A DNA stretch of 64,000 nt from Polyangiaceae bacterium (GTDB taxonomy: Bacteria > Myxococcota_A > Polyangia > Polyangiales > Polyangiaceae), in NCBI GenBank assembly GCA_035063585.1, contig JAPSGB010000006.1, positions 32,001 to 96,000 on the forward strand. The letters are read 5' to 3'. A program made the translations under genes and the position numbers. The notes beneath the pieces are model-generated. The model was not told where the DNA came from. It searched no databases and was given only the letters and a program-made list of their open reading frames with translations. Below are positions 28,080 to 38,357 of this stretch, piece by piece. Every line of letters begins with the position of its first letter. Position 1 is the first letter of the stretch.

Positions 28080-30149
28080 GTGCGCACGACCCATCGCTTC
28101 TTCCAGTCGCTCATCACTCTCGGCCTGGGGCTCGCCCTCTGCTCGTCATTCGTCGGGTGCGGAGGCGACGAGGGCGACGAGAGCGGCGAGAGCACGGGCG
28201 GCCCCCTCCTCGACGGCGACTGCGATCCGCTCGTACCCGAGCACTGCGGCTTGCCCTTCCCGTCGAACGTGTACTTGGCCAAGGACGAGTCCGGCCTGAA
28301 CCCGTCGGGGATGTCGGTGCGCTTCGGCGCCAAGACGCTCCCGGCGACGCTCGGCCAATACCCGCTGGATCCGAAGCACTTCTATGGCTCCGACGGCTTC
28401 TCCCCCGGCCAAGCCGCGATGACGCACCTGCTCGGTGCCACGGACGCAGGGCTCGCGACGCCGGACACCATCGCGAGCACGGTGAGCGCAGATTCACCGA
28501 CCATCCTGCTCGACGCGAGCAGCGGGGAGCTCGTCCCGCATTGGGTGGACCTCGACTACACGGCCCGCAACGACGACGAACGGGCGTTCATGATTCGTCC
28601 GGCCGTGCGCTTGAAGGATGCTACCCGTTACATCGTGGCCATCCGCCACGTGGTCGACGAGGGCGGCCAGGAGATCGCGCCATCCCCGGCATTTCGAGCG
28701 CTCCGCGACGGGACGTCGAGCCCGGAGAAGAGCGTCGGGCGACGCCGCGCTCTCTACAAGGACATCTTCGCGAAGCTCGCCGCCGCGGGCGTCGACAAGA
28801 AGGATCTCCAGATCGCGTGGGACTACACCACCGCGTCACGCGAGAGCAACACGCGCTGGATGGTGGCCGCGCGAGACAAGGCCCTCGCCTCGGTCGGCGA
28901 CGACGGGCCCACCTTCAAGGTGAAGACGGTCGAGGAAGCTCCCACCGCGCACACGCTTCGCCGCATCACGGTGACCATGACCGTTCCGCTCTTTCTCACC
29001 AACGGTGAGCCGGGCGACCAGCAGTTCGCACAGGGCAAAGACCCCGCGCGGCTCGTGCTCGGCGACGATGGGCTCCCGGTGGAGAGCGGCACGATGGAGC
29101 AGGACGTCCTCATCATCGTGCCGAACAGCGTGAACAACGGGAAGAAGCACGGGCTCCTGCAGAACGGGCACGGCCTCTTCGGCTCGATGCGTGAGGGTCA
29201 GGGCGGCTACATGGCCGAGATGACCGATCTCTACGACTGGATCGGCTTCTCCACCAACTACTTCGGCTTCTGCGAAGACGACGTGAACCTCGCCATCAAC
29301 GCGCTCGGCGCGCGGCCGGACCTGTTCTTGAGCTTCTTCGATCGCCAGGTGCAGGGTCAGGTCAATCAGCTCCTCGTCATGCGCATGATGATGGGTCGAG
29401 TCGCCAAGGAGGGTATCAAGGACGCGGACGGCACGGTGCTGCTCGATCCCGCTTGGATCGACCCCTCGCTCCGCGCCTATCGCGGCGACAGCCAAGGCGG
29501 CATCATGGGCACGACCTACATGGCGGTCTCGACCGACGTGACCCGAGGCCTCGTGGGAGAGCCCGGGATGCCGTACAACCTGCTCTTGAACCGCAGCAAG
29601 GACTGGCCCGCCTACGGCTTCGTGCTCGGCGGAGCCTACTCGAACGCGCTCGACCAGCAGATCATGCTCGGCCTCATCCAGATGGGCTGGGATCGCTCCG
29701 AGCCGAACGGCTACGCGCCGTACATGACGGACAACACGCTGCCGAACACGCCGCCGCATCACATCCTCATCCACGACGCCCTCGGGGATCATCAGGTGAC
29801 GACGTTCGCGGCCCACATCATCGCGCGCGCGGTCGGCGCGGTGAACCTGAAGTCGAACGACCCCGCGCAACCGCTCGTCCGCGACGTCTTCGACGTGCCG
29901 TCGGCGGCCGCGCCGGTGAAGGATCAGAACGCGATGGTCGAGTATGATTTCGGCCTGCCGGCGGAGCCCTTGCACAACCTGCCGGCCGCGGCCGGCTGTG
30001 ACCCGCATGATCGCGTGCGAGTCCTCACGGCCTCCTACGAGCAGTCCGACCGGTTCTTCCGCACGGGAACCATCGACTGGTTCTGCGACGGCGTGTGCAA
30101 TTGTGACGGCTTGAAGCCGGAGGACGGCTGCGACAAGACCTGTCAGTAG
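28080..30149 (+). CDS. Lipoprotein with Ig-like N-region and alpha/beta-hydrolase-like domain
   Basis: Lipobox FVGC; GHGLFG; GDSQGG nucleophile elbow; GDHQV; DPH. Confidence 0.75.
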   Translation: MRTTHRFFQSLITLGLGLALCSSFVGCGGDEGDESGESTGGPLLDGDCDPLVPEHCGLPFPSNVYLAKDESGLNPSGMSVRFGAKTLPATLGQYPLDPKHFYGSDGFSPGQAAMTHLLGATDAGLATPDTIASTVSADSPTILLDASSGELVPHWVDLDYTARNDDERAFMIRPAVRLKDATRYIVAIRHVVDEGGQEIAPSPAFRALRDGTSSPEKSVGRRRALYKDIFAKLAAAGVDKKDLQIAWDYTTASRESNTRWMVAARDKALASVGDDGPTFKVKTVEEAPTAHTLRRITVTMTVPLFLTNGEPGDQQFAQGKDPARLVLGDDGLPVESGTMEQDVLIIVPNSVNNGKKHGLLQNGHGLFGSMREGQGGYMAEMTDLYDWIGFSTNYFGFCEDDVNLAINALGARPDLFLSFFDRQVQGQVNQLLVMRMMMGRVAKEGIKDADGTVLLDPAWIDPSLRAYRGDSQGGIMGTTYMAVSTDVTRGLVGEPGMPYNLLLNRSKDWPAYGFVLGGAYSNALDQQIMLGLIQMGWDRSEPNGYAPYMTDNTLPNTPPHHILIHDALGDHQVTTFAAHIIARAVGAVNLKSNDPAQPLVRDVFDVPSAAAPVKDQNAMVEYDFGLPAEPLHNLPAAAGCDPHDRVRVLTASYEQSDRFFRTGTIDWFCDGVCNCDGLKPEDGCDKTCQ

Positions 30150-30161
30150 CGGGCGGCGCGC

Positions 30162-30914
30162 TCAGGCGCGAGCCGGCTCGAGCCGCGCGCGAACCAACAC
30201 GGCGTCGTCGGCCGCCCGGAGTTCGACGGCGAACCCGCTGGGGCTGCCCGCCGGGCGCCAGCCGAGCGCGCGTAGGCGCTCCCCCATGCGCGCCTCGCGA
30301 CGGTACTCGATGAAGAGCTTACCGAGCGCCGTGCTCGCCGGGGTCGCTGCGCCCCCGCGCTCGTGGTCGAAGAGCGCTCGGGTGTCGTCAGCGAAGTCGA
30401 TGTAGCGCGCGTGGTTCACGTGTCGAAAAACGTCGAGGTCCGAGGCGACCACGACGATCGCTCGCTCGAAGGCGTCGGCAGGCGCCGGTTCGTCGAGGCC
30501 CGGGACATCGACCGGCTCGCTCGGGCTCACGAGCTCCCTCACGCGCTCGGGAATCACGCGGGGACTACCCTGATCGTCCAGGCGCACGATGGTGCACGAG
30601 CCGACCGCGAGCGTGCGCCCATCACCGTCGACGATGGCGTGACCGAAATCCATGCTCGTGCGCCCGACGCGCGCCACCCAGCCCTGCGCCTCGAGTTCCA
30701 TCGGATACGCCGCCGGCGCGCGACTCTCGATGCGCTGGGCGCGCACCACGCCGCGTCCGAGGTCGACTCCGAGGGTGGCGCCGGCGGCTCGGATGGCCTC
30801 CCAGCGCACATGCTCGAGATGACGAGCGAGGGTCGCCAGACCGACCTCGGCGCCCGCGCTCATTTCGTAGCCGCGCACCGAGAGACGAACCGCGACGCGT
30901 CCGGAAGGCTTCAT
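30162..30914 (-). CDS. Acyl-CoA/ACP thioesterase (double hotdog)
   Basis: RVGRTSM; SDLDVFRHVNHARY. Confidence 0.8.
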   Translation of the reverse strand: MKPSGRVAVRLSVRGYEMSAGAEVGLATLARHLEHVRWEAIRAAGATLGVDLGRGVVRAQRIESRAPAAYPMELEAQGWVARVGRTSMDFGHAIVDGDGRTLAVGSCTIVRLDDQGSPRVIPERVRELVSPSEPVDVPGLDEPAPADAFERAIVVVASDLDVFRHVNHARYIDFADDTRALFDHERGGAATPASTALGKLFIEYRREARMGERLRALGWRPAGSPSGFAVELRAADDAVLVRARLEPARA

Positions 30915-30996
30915 CCGGAGAGCTCCTCCAGCCGGCGCCGGGCGAGCGCTCCCGTCACGAGCCGCGAATCGGCACGCAAGCCCGGGGTGCGCGCGC

Positions 30997-32295
30997 TCAC
31001 TTCGGGTTGGTCGGCTCGATACACACGCCGACCTCGAGGAGGACGTACATGAGCGCGGCCTCCTGGGGAAGGTATGGCGAGGTCGGCTTCGCGTTGCCGG
31101 CCTCGGTGTGATAGGTCGAGAAGAGCACGCGGCCGCATTGGTACTCGAAGCTCACCGTGGTCGGCTTCGGCCCGGAGCTGCCGATGTCGCCCTCGACCCA
31201 CACCTTCGGGGTCACGGTGACCGGCTTACCCTCGTCGTCGATGGTGTCGACGGGGTTCACCTTGTCGATCATCGTCCAGCTCGCCTTGACGTCGAAGGTC
31301 GTCACGCCCATCGCCGCGAGCCAGTCCTTCATGCCCTGGTCTTTCACCGTCGCCGGCGCGTCGTAGGACCCTCCCTGACACGCCGAGCCGAGCGCGGCGC
31401 CTTGCCCGACCCAGTCCACGTAGCCCGGGAACGGCTGGCGCACGAACTCGTAGGAGTAGTCGGTCACGTAGATCTTGCCGCCCATGGCGACATAGTCCTG
31501 AAGGTTCTTCTTCACGGTCGCGTCGCCCGGTACGAAGTCGTTGCAGGTCGTGCCGTCGCTGCCGGAGCAAGGGAGAAACACGATGTGATACTGCGAGAGC
31601 CGGTTCATGTCCTTCAAGAACCCGAGCTTGTTCGTGATGATGTCGAAAGAGGCGGTGCCCGGCTTGACCTGGACGCCCAGGTTGAACGGCCCCGGGATGA
31701 TCTCGCCGAGCCCGAACTTCGCGAGCGAGACCTCGATCTGATCCCACTGACCCTGGATCACGGCCATCTTCGGGATGTTGTCGCCAGCCGCGGGATCGGT
31801 CTTGCGCGGCATCGTGGTCAGAGCCGCCGGCACGTCTTGATCGCCGGCCACGACGTCGAACGTGCGATATCTCCTGAACTGTCCCTTCTCGACCACCAGC
31901 GTCTGCGGACCGGTCGCGTAGGCGTCGAGCTCGAAGCTGCCGTCTGGGTTCGAGAACGTGTAGGGAGTGCCGTGCGGCAGCGCGACGCACTTGTCGCAGT
32001 AGGCGTGATCCGGGATCGGTCCCGGCGTGCCACCCGACAAGAAGACCAGCGCGCCCGAGATCGGCATGACCCCCTGGGGTGAGTAGACCTTTCCCTTGAG
32101 GCGCGCGACGGTCGGTCGCGCGTCGTCACCCGCGTCGAGCGAGATCCCGCCACCGCTGCCGGGAGCGCCTCCGCTGCCAGCCGCGCCGGACCCGCCACCG
32201 CCCCCCGCGCCAGACCCATTGTTCGAGCTTCCGCCGCTCGCCGAGCAGGCGACGAGGCCGAGAACCAATCCGAGGACGATGAACGCGGAGCGCAT
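30997..32295 (-). CDS. Hypothetical myxobacterial-type lipoprotein
   Basis: Lipobox LVAC; Gly linker; carboxypeptidase-regulatory-like sandwich; GRVLFSTYH. Confidence 0.75.
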   Translation of the reverse strand: MRSAFIVLGLVLGLVACSASGGSSNNGSGAGGGGGSGAAGSGGAPGSGGGISLDAGDDARPTVARLKGKVYSPQGVMPISGALVFLSGGTPGPIPDHAYCDKCVALPHGTPYTFSNPDGSFELDAYATGPQTLVVEKGQFRRYRTFDVVAGDQDVPAALTTMPRKTDPAAGDNIPKMAVIQGQWDQIEVSLAKFGLGEIIPGPFNLGVQVKPGTASFDIITNKLGFLKDMNRLSQYHIVFLPCSGSDGTTCNDFVPGDATVKKNLQDYVAMGGKIYVTDYSYEFVRQPFPGYVDWVGQGAALGSACQGGSYDAPATVKDQGMKDWLAAMGVTTFDVKASWTMIDKVNPVDTIDDEGKPVTVTPKVWVEGDIGSSGPKPTTVSFEYQCGRVLFSTYHTEAGNAKPTSPYLPQEAALMYVLLEVGVCIEPTNPK

Positions 32296-32417
32296 GGCGA
32301 GTATCTGACACGGCCAGCCGGCCTCGGACAGGGCAAAATGTCAGCGCCTGCGGCCGCCCTGGGCGGTCCTGGCGACGAGCCGCCAAGGCGAAACGTGGTA
32401 GGCCTTGAGCGAGTCAG

Positions 32418-32957
32418 ATGACATCCTCACTCGAGGAACTCGCGCGAGTACCGAAGAGCGAGCTCACGGCGCTCTACGACGCGGGCACGCAGCCCGAACC
32501 CGCGTCGCTCGTGGACTGGGAGTTCCGCGGCTATAATCGCCCGTTCTTGACGCGGGTAGGCGGCTTCCAGAAGTTCCGGAAGGGGTTCTATCGTCACGAG
32601 GGGGCCTTCTGGGGGTACAACATCAACGTAGTCCAGGGCGCGCTCGAGCGGCCGTGGTCGAGCCGGCCGTCGGACGACGCACCGCGTCGTTTCGGCTTCT
32701 TCTCGGTTCGCCCGGTCGGGCCGCGCGAAGCCGAGGGGCGCGAGCCCGGCTCGCTCCTCTTCAACTACGCCGACGCGAAGAACCGTCTCCTCGAAGGCAG
32801 CTTCCTCCGCGACTACGTGAAGCTCGTCGAGGCGGGCAACCCGGATCTCCTGCTCGGGAAAGCCTACTCCTCGATCGCCGGGGCGGAGCTGATGCCGACC
32901 TGGTTCATCATCCAGCGCGATCGGCCCGCGCCGACGCCGGTGGTTCACCCCGGATGA
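32418..32957 (+). CDS. Hypothetical protein
   Basis: 179-aa ORF with normal coding composition. Confidence 0.7.
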   Translation: MTSSLEELARVPKSELTALYDAGTQPEPASLVDWEFRGYNRPFLTRVGGFQKFRKGFYRHEGAFWGYNINVVQGALERPWSSRPSDDAPRRFGFFSVRPVGPREAEGREPGSLLFNYADAKNRLLEGSFLRDYVKLVEAGNPDLLLGKAYSSIAGAELMPTWFIIQRDRPAPTPVVHPG

Positions 32958-32967
32958 GCCGCGACGC

Positions 32968-33978
32968 TCAGGGTGAGCCGCTGAGGAGCCGGATCGGGTA
33001 GTAGACGACGACCGCGATGAGCGCCGCGGCGGGGATCGTGAAGACCCACGCCCACACGATCCGTCCCGCGACGCCCCAGCGCACCGCGCTGAGCCGCCGC
33101 TCGACCGCGCCGACCCCGACGATGGAGCCGGTGATGGTGTGGGTCGTCGAGACGGGGACGCCGAGCAGCGTGGACATCGCGAGCGTGATGGCGCCGGCCG
33201 TCTCCGCGCAGAATCCTCCGACCGGGCGGAGCTTCGTGATCTTCATTCCCATGGTGCGCACGATGCGCCAGCCGCCCGACAGCATGCCGAGCGCCATCGC
33301 GGCCTGACACACGATCACCACCCAGAACCGCGGCTCGGCGGCCTCGGTCCGCTCCTGTATCCCCGACGTGATGAGCAGCAGCGTGACGATGCCCATGGTC
33401 TTCTGCGCGTCGTTGCCTCCGTGCCCGAGCGAGTAGAGCCCCGCTGAGATGAGCTGGCCTCGCCGGAAGAAGCGGTCCACCTGCGCTGGGCGCCTCCGCG
33501 CGAAGATGAACCTCACGAGGTACATGAGGAGCCCTCCGAGCACCATGCCAAGCATCGGGGCGACCACGATGAAGATCACCACCTTGCCGAACACCGCCGC
33601 GTTGAGGATCGACAGCCGCGGGGTGTTCGCGAGCGCCGCGCCGGCGAACGCGCCCATGAGCGCGTGCGACGACGAGGACGGCAAGCCCCACCACCACGTG
33701 ATGGCATTCCAGGTGATCGCGCCGATCAGCGTGGCCAGGATGACGTTGTGCGTCACCGAGGTGAGCTCGATGCCGTGCGCGATGGCCGCCGTCACGTTGT
33801 GCGGATAGACCAGAAACGCGAGGAAGTTGAACGAGGCGGCCCACACCACCGCTGCCCGCGGCGAGAGCACGCGGGTGCTCACTACCGTCGCGATGGTGTT
33901 GGCAGCGTCGTGAAACCCGTTACTGTAATCGAAGAGGAGCGCGATGGCGATGATGAGGATGAGGTACGCATCCATCAC
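32968..33978 (-). CDS. pit: Inorganic phosphate transporter, PiT family
   Basis: NGFHDAAN, PSSSSH, HGGNDAQK, PVSTTH. Confidence 0.95.
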   Translation of the reverse strand: MMDAYLILIIAIALLFDYSNGFHDAANTIATVVSTRVLSPRAAVVWAASFNFLAFLVYPHNVTAAIAHGIELTSVTHNVILATLIGAITWNAITWWWGLPSSSSHALMGAFAGAALANTPRLSILNAAVFGKVVIFIVVAPMLGMVLGGLLMYLVRFIFARRRPAQVDRFFRRGQLISAGLYSLGHGGNDAQKTMGIVTLLLITSGIQERTEAAEPRFWVVIVCQAAMALGMLSGGWRIVRTMGMKITKLRPVGGFCAETAGAITLAMSTLLGVPVSTTHTITGSIVGVGAVERRLSAVRWGVAGRIVWAWVFTIPAAALIAVVVYYPIRLLSGSP

Positions 33979-34592
33979 GCGTGCTCCAGCACGATCCCCT
34001 CGATGATGTTGGCGACGTCCTCCGCGCGATCGGTCGCCGTCTCCATCGCCTCGAGGATGTCGCGCCAGCGCATCACCTCGATGGGGTCGGAGGGCTCCTT
34101 GAAGAGCCGCGCGACTGCCCGCCTGAACACCACGTCCGCCTGGTGCTCATGCGTATTGATCGATACGCAGAGGTCGAGGACGGGCTGCGGATCCTTGAGC
34201 TTGTTCAGGTGCCCGACGGCCTTGGCGACGTCCTCGGCGGCGGAGCAGAGGCTGCTCGCGAGCTCGATCGCTTCGGGGCGCGCCGTGGTGATTTCGTAGA
34301 GCATCACCCAATCGCTGGCGGCCTCGACGAAATCGAGCACGTCGTCGAGCGCGCTCATGAGCGCGTGGATTTCCTCGCGATCGAGCGGCGTGATCCAGAT
34401 CTGATGGAGCGCCGACATCGTCTCGTGAGTGATGTGGTCGCCTTCTTTTTCCGCGCGGCTGATCTCGCCCGCCAGGATCATCACCTGGCTCGGATCCTCG
34501 AGCATCGCCTTCAGGTTTCGTGTCGCCTGAACGGTGAGATCTGCGTGCGACTGGAAGGCCTTCCAGAAGACGGCATCTCGTGTCAGTGCCAT
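33975..34592 (-). CDS. DUF47 (PhoU-like) phosphate transport regulator
   Basis: EKEGD, ITPLDRE, LDDVLD, EHQAD, TDRAEDVAN; overlaps pit. Confidence 0.92.
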   Translation of the reverse strand: MALTRDAVFWKAFQSHADLTVQATRNLKAMLEDPSQVMILAGEISRAEKEGDHITHETMSALHQIWITPLDREEIHALMSALDDVLDFVEAASDWVMLYEITTARPEAIELASSLCSAAEDVAKAVGHLNKLKDPQPVLDLCVSINTHEHQADVVFRRAVARLFKEPSDPIEVMRWRDILEAMETATDRAEDVANIIEGIVLEHA

Positions 34593-34782
34593 GGTCGCGG
34601 GCGCATAAGACGCACGCGGCGGAGGGCACGTCAAGCGAAACCAATGCGCGGCTGACAATCGCGAGACATTGCGCTCGCCTGGGGCGTTCTTGGGGTCGGG
34701 GCGGCGCGGGAATCGCGCGGCTCGGCCGGGTCTCGGCGCGCGGCGCGTCCATGGGTGCGCGCGGCGCGCGGGCGAGCCAGCC

Positions 34783-34803
34783 GGGCTCGCGCCGGACCGG
34801 CAT
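34783..34803 (+). repeat. Dispersed REP-like element (17/21)
   Basis: GGGCTCGCGCCGGACCGGCAT, intergenic. Confidence 0.5.
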
Positions 34804-34836
34804 GACTCAAGTCACTTCTTTAGCATGGCCGCGTCG

Positions 34837-35328
34837 TTACGGAGTGAGGCCGGGGAACTTGGGCAGCCCGTTCAGCCCCGCCTGGATGAGCTGGGCGCTG
34901 GTGAGGGTGCCGTCGAGCTGGAACGGCACCTCCAGGTTCACGCTCTCGCCGCCGACCGTGGCGCGACCCGCGAAGCGATACGGCACGGGCTTTCCCGAGA
35001 GCGCGAGCGGGGCGAGCGCGGCGAGGTTGGTCCAGGGCAGCTTGACGTCGCTCGCGACTCGCTGGTCGGCGTTCGCCGGGATGGAGAGCGCGGTGTCCAC
35101 GGTCGCGCTCCCGAGGTCGACCGAGCCGCTCACGACGAAGTTGCCGCTCACCTTCTGCACCACGAGCGGGAAGCCGTTCGGGTTGTGGACGTCGAGGTTC
35201 ACGCGGAGCCCGACCGCGGTCGGACCCACGCTGGTGACCTCGATCGAGATCGGGGTGATGGTGGGAGGTTTGGGGCGCGAGCAGGCGGCGACGAAGACGA
35301 GAGCGGCGGAGGCGAGGACGCGGCGCAT
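34837..35328 (-). CDS. LEA type 2 family lipoprotein
   Basis: Lipobox VAAC; VHNPNGFPL; PYRFAG. Confidence 0.85.
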   Translation of the reverse strand: MRRVLASAALVFVAACSRPKPPTITPISIEVTSVGPTAVGLRVNLDVHNPNGFPLVVQKVSGNFVVSGSVDLGSATVDTALSIPANADQRVASDVKLPWTNLAALAPLALSGKPVPYRFAGRATVGGESVNLEVPFQLDGTLTSAQLIQAGLNGLPKFPGLTP

Positions 35329-35479
35329 GCCCCACTCTGCCATCAGGTCGGGCGCGGCGCATGCCGTGCGCGGCGCGAGCGGCCTCTGCCGAGGACGCTC
35401 CGGGGGCCGCGCGACGGGCAGCGGGCCGGGTCCGGCTTACCGGCGCCCGGCGCTCGCGCTATGGTCCGCGGTGCCGACG

Positions 35480-38275
35480 ATGGAGCTCTTCGACCACCCC
35501 TACGCCCGGTTCCTCCACGCGGTGGAGAAGCCGACTCGCTACACGGGCGCCGAGCACGGAGCGCGCGCGAAGGACTGGGCGAGCGTCCGCGCGCGCGTCT
35601 GCCTGGCTTTCCCCGAGATTTACGACATCGGGATGAGCCACCTCGGGTTCCGCATCCTCTACAAGATCCTGAACGACGACCCGCGCACGCTGGCGGAGCG
35701 CTGCTACGCGCCGTGGGTGGACATGCAGCGCGAGCTCCGTAGCCACGGAGAGCTCCTGCGGTCGCTCGAGAGCGCGCGGCCGCTCGCGGACTTCGACGTG
35801 GTGGGCTTCAGCCTGCAGTACGAGCTCACCTACACGAACGTGCTCATGATGCTCGAGCTCGGCGGGATCCCGCTCCGGAGCGCGAGCCGCAGCGACGACG
35901 ATCCGTTGGTCGTCGCAGGCGGTCCGGTGGCGACCCACGCCGAGCCGATGGCGCTCTTCTTCGACGCGCTGCTCATCGGTGACGGCGAAGAGGCGACCAC
36001 GGAGCTCACGCTCGCATGGGCGGAGGCGAAGGCGGAGGGTCTGACGCGACGCGAACGGCTCGAGCGGCTCGCGCGCATCTCGGGCGTCTACGTGCCCTCC
36101 TTGGCCAAGACGCACCTCGACCCGGAGACGGGGCTCGAGGTGGTCGACGGGGTCCGCATCGAGCGGCGAGTGCTCGGAGACCTCGACCGCTTCCCCTTCC
36201 CCGACGACGGGCCGGTGGGCGGTCCCGAGGCGATCTTCGATCGAATGAGCATCGAGGTCGCGCGCGGCTGTACCGAGGGATGCCGGTTCTGCCAGAGCGG
36301 CTGGACGTACCGGCCGGTGCGCGAGCGTGATCCGAAGCAGGTCGTGGAGACGGTCCTCAGCGCGCTCGAGAAGAGCGGCTACGACGAGGTGAGCCTCACC
36401 GCGCTCTCGACCGCGGACGTGAGCTGCATCTCGCCACTCATCAAGACCTTGGTGGAGAAGACGGCGCCCGAGCGCGTGAGCCTGGGAGTCGCGTCGCTTC
36501 GCGCGTACGGCCTCGGCGAGGAGCTGCTCGACGCGATGCGGACGGTCCGCGCGAGCGGGCTCACCTTCGCGCCCGAGGCGGGCACCCAGCGCATGCGTGA
36601 CGTCATCAACAAGAACGTCACCGAGGCGCAGCTGCTGGAGACTGCGGAGCGGGTGTTCTCGCGGGGCTTCGACAAGATGAAGCTCTATTTCATTGCGGGG
36701 CTGCCGACCGAGACGGACGAGGACGTGCTCGGCATCGTCGAGGTCGCGAAGAAGACGGTCGCGGTGGGCCATCGCCTGGGCCGACGCCCGAGAGTGACGG
36801 TCAGCGTGAGCGTGCACGTCCCGAAGCCGCACACGCCGTTTCAGTGGTGCGCGATGGATCCGCTCGACGAGATCAACCAGAAGCAGGAGCTACTCCGCCG
36901 CGCGACCCGTGGCGTGAAGGGGCTCGAGCTTCGCATGCACCACTCGCTGTCGAGCGCGCTCGAGGGGATCTTGGCGCGCGGCGATCGCCGGCTCGGCCCG
37001 GTGATCGAGCGCGCGTTCCTGCGGGGCGCCCGCTCGGACTCCTGGGACGAGCACCTCGACATGGACGCGTGGCAAGAGGCCCTCGAACACTTCGAGATCG
37101 ACATTTCGGCGTACCTGGGGACGCTGCCGGTGACCGCGCGTCTACCGTGGGACCACATCGACGTCGGGATCGAGGACGGCTTCCTCGCGCGCGAGTACCG
37201 AAAGGCGCTCGCGAGCCGGCTGAGCCCGCCGTGCTCGAAGGTCGCGGGCACCTTCGTCCACCACACGAACCTCGCCGACGCGGACGCGGATCGCCGCCGG
37301 CTGGTCTGCTACGATTGCGGGATCGCCTGCGACATGACGCGGACTCGCGAGAGGCGGCTCGGCTTCTTGAAGGAGATGGGCGCGCTCGAGCCCACCCTGC
37401 CGCGCGTCACCCCGGCGCAGCCGGTCGAGGGCGCCGCCGCCCCGGGAGAGGCCGAGCGCGCCCCGCGGCGTCGCGTGAACCCGGAGGCGCTCCGTCCCGT
37501 GCGAGCTGGCGGCACGCCGGCGAGGTTCCGGCTGCGCTTCAAGAAGATCGGCCCCGCGGCGCTGCTCGGACACCTCGATTTGCTCCGCGAGCTCCCGCGG
37601 GTCATTCGCCGCGCGGGAGTGCGAATCGACTACTCGCGCGGCTTTCGCCCCAAGCCGGAGCTCAGCTTCGGGCCGGCGCTGTCGCTCGGGATCGCGAGCC
37701 TCGACGAGCACGCGGACGTCAAGCTCATCGACGCGCCCGAGGATCTACTCGAACGTCTCAACCGGAGCACGAGCGGCGGACTCGAGTTCATCGAGGCGCG
37801 AAGACTCACGGACGGCGAGCCCGGGCTCAGCCGCATCATCACCGGAGCGCGCTACGTGATCGCGCTCGCCGAGACCGCGCTGCCAGGCCGCGCGTGGCTC
37901 GAGGAGCGAGTCGCAACCTTCCTGGCCAAGGACGAGCTCCGGGTGCGCCGCGAGATCCGCGGCTTGGGAAAGCTGGTGGACGTGCGAAGCTATGTGCTCG
38001 CGCTGACCGTGGGCGGCGAGCCAGAGCTCCGCCTGCTCCGCGAAGCAGGCTTGGTCGGGAGGATGCTGCCCCTCGACGTGAGCGTGCGGATCGGTGCGAC
38101 CGGTGCCGTCAAGGTGAGTGAGCTCGTCGAGGCCGTGACGGGCGCCCCGGATACGCCGCACCAGGCGGTCCGCGCGGCGCTCTTCGGCGAAGGGAGCGTC
38201 CCGCTCGCGAGCCTCGCGGAGCGCGACGAACGCGAGCGCGCGGAAGTGGAGCGAGCGCGGGCGGCCGCACCCTGA
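35480..38275 (+). CDS. TIGR03960-type B12-binding radical SAM protein fused to TIGR03936/DUF2344 domain
   Basis: VEKPTRY, FPEIYDIGMSHLG, RGCTEGCRFC, PKPHTPFQW; GHLDL..YSRGFRPKPELSFGPALSLG. In-frame GTG 35471 is an alternative start. Confidence 0.92.
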   Translation: MELFDHPYARFLHAVEKPTRYTGAEHGARAKDWASVRARVCLAFPEIYDIGMSHLGFRILYKILNDDPRTLAERCYAPWVDMQRELRSHGELLRSLESARPLADFDVVGFSLQYELTYTNVLMMLELGGIPLRSASRSDDDPLVVAGGPVATHAEPMALFFDALLIGDGEEATTELTLAWAEAKAEGLTRRERLERLARISGVYVPSLAKTHLDPETGLEVVDGVRIERRVLGDLDRFPFPDDGPVGGPEAIFDRMSIEVARGCTEGCRFCQSGWTYRPVRERDPKQVVETVLSALEKSGYDEVSLTALSTADVSCISPLIKTLVEKTAPERVSLGVASLRAYGLGEELLDAMRTVRASGLTFAPEAGTQRMRDVINKNVTEAQLLETAERVFSRGFDKMKLYFIAGLPTETDEDVLGIVEVAKKTVAVGHRLGRRPRVTVSVSVHVPKPHTPFQWCAMDPLDEINQKQELLRRATRGVKGLELRMHHSLSSALEGILARGDRRLGPVIERAFLRGARSDSWDEHLDMDAWQEALEHFEIDISAYLGTLPVTARLPWDHIDVGIEDGFLAREYRKALASRLSPPCSKVAGTFVHHTNLADADADRRRLVCYDCGIACDMTRTRERRLGFLKEMGALEPTLPRVTPAQPVEGAAAPGEAERAPRRRVNPEALRPVRAGGTPARFRLRFKKIGPAALLGHLDLLRELPRVIRRAGVRIDYSRGFRPKPELSFGPALSLGIASLDEHADVKLIDAPEDLLERLNRSTSGGLEFIEARRLTDGEPGLSRIITGARYVIALAETALPGRAWLEERVATFLAKDELRVRREIRGLGKLVDVRSYVLALTVGGEPELRLLREAGLVGRMLPLDVSVRIGATGAVKVSELVEAVTGAPDTPHQAVRAALFGEGSVPLASLAERDERERAEVERARAAAP

Positions 38276-38357
38276 ACGACGGCGGCGCGGCGGCCGAGCG
38301 TCGCGCGCCAGTGAGCTTGCCGCACGCGAGGACTCGCGCTAGCTCGCGGGGGAAGAA

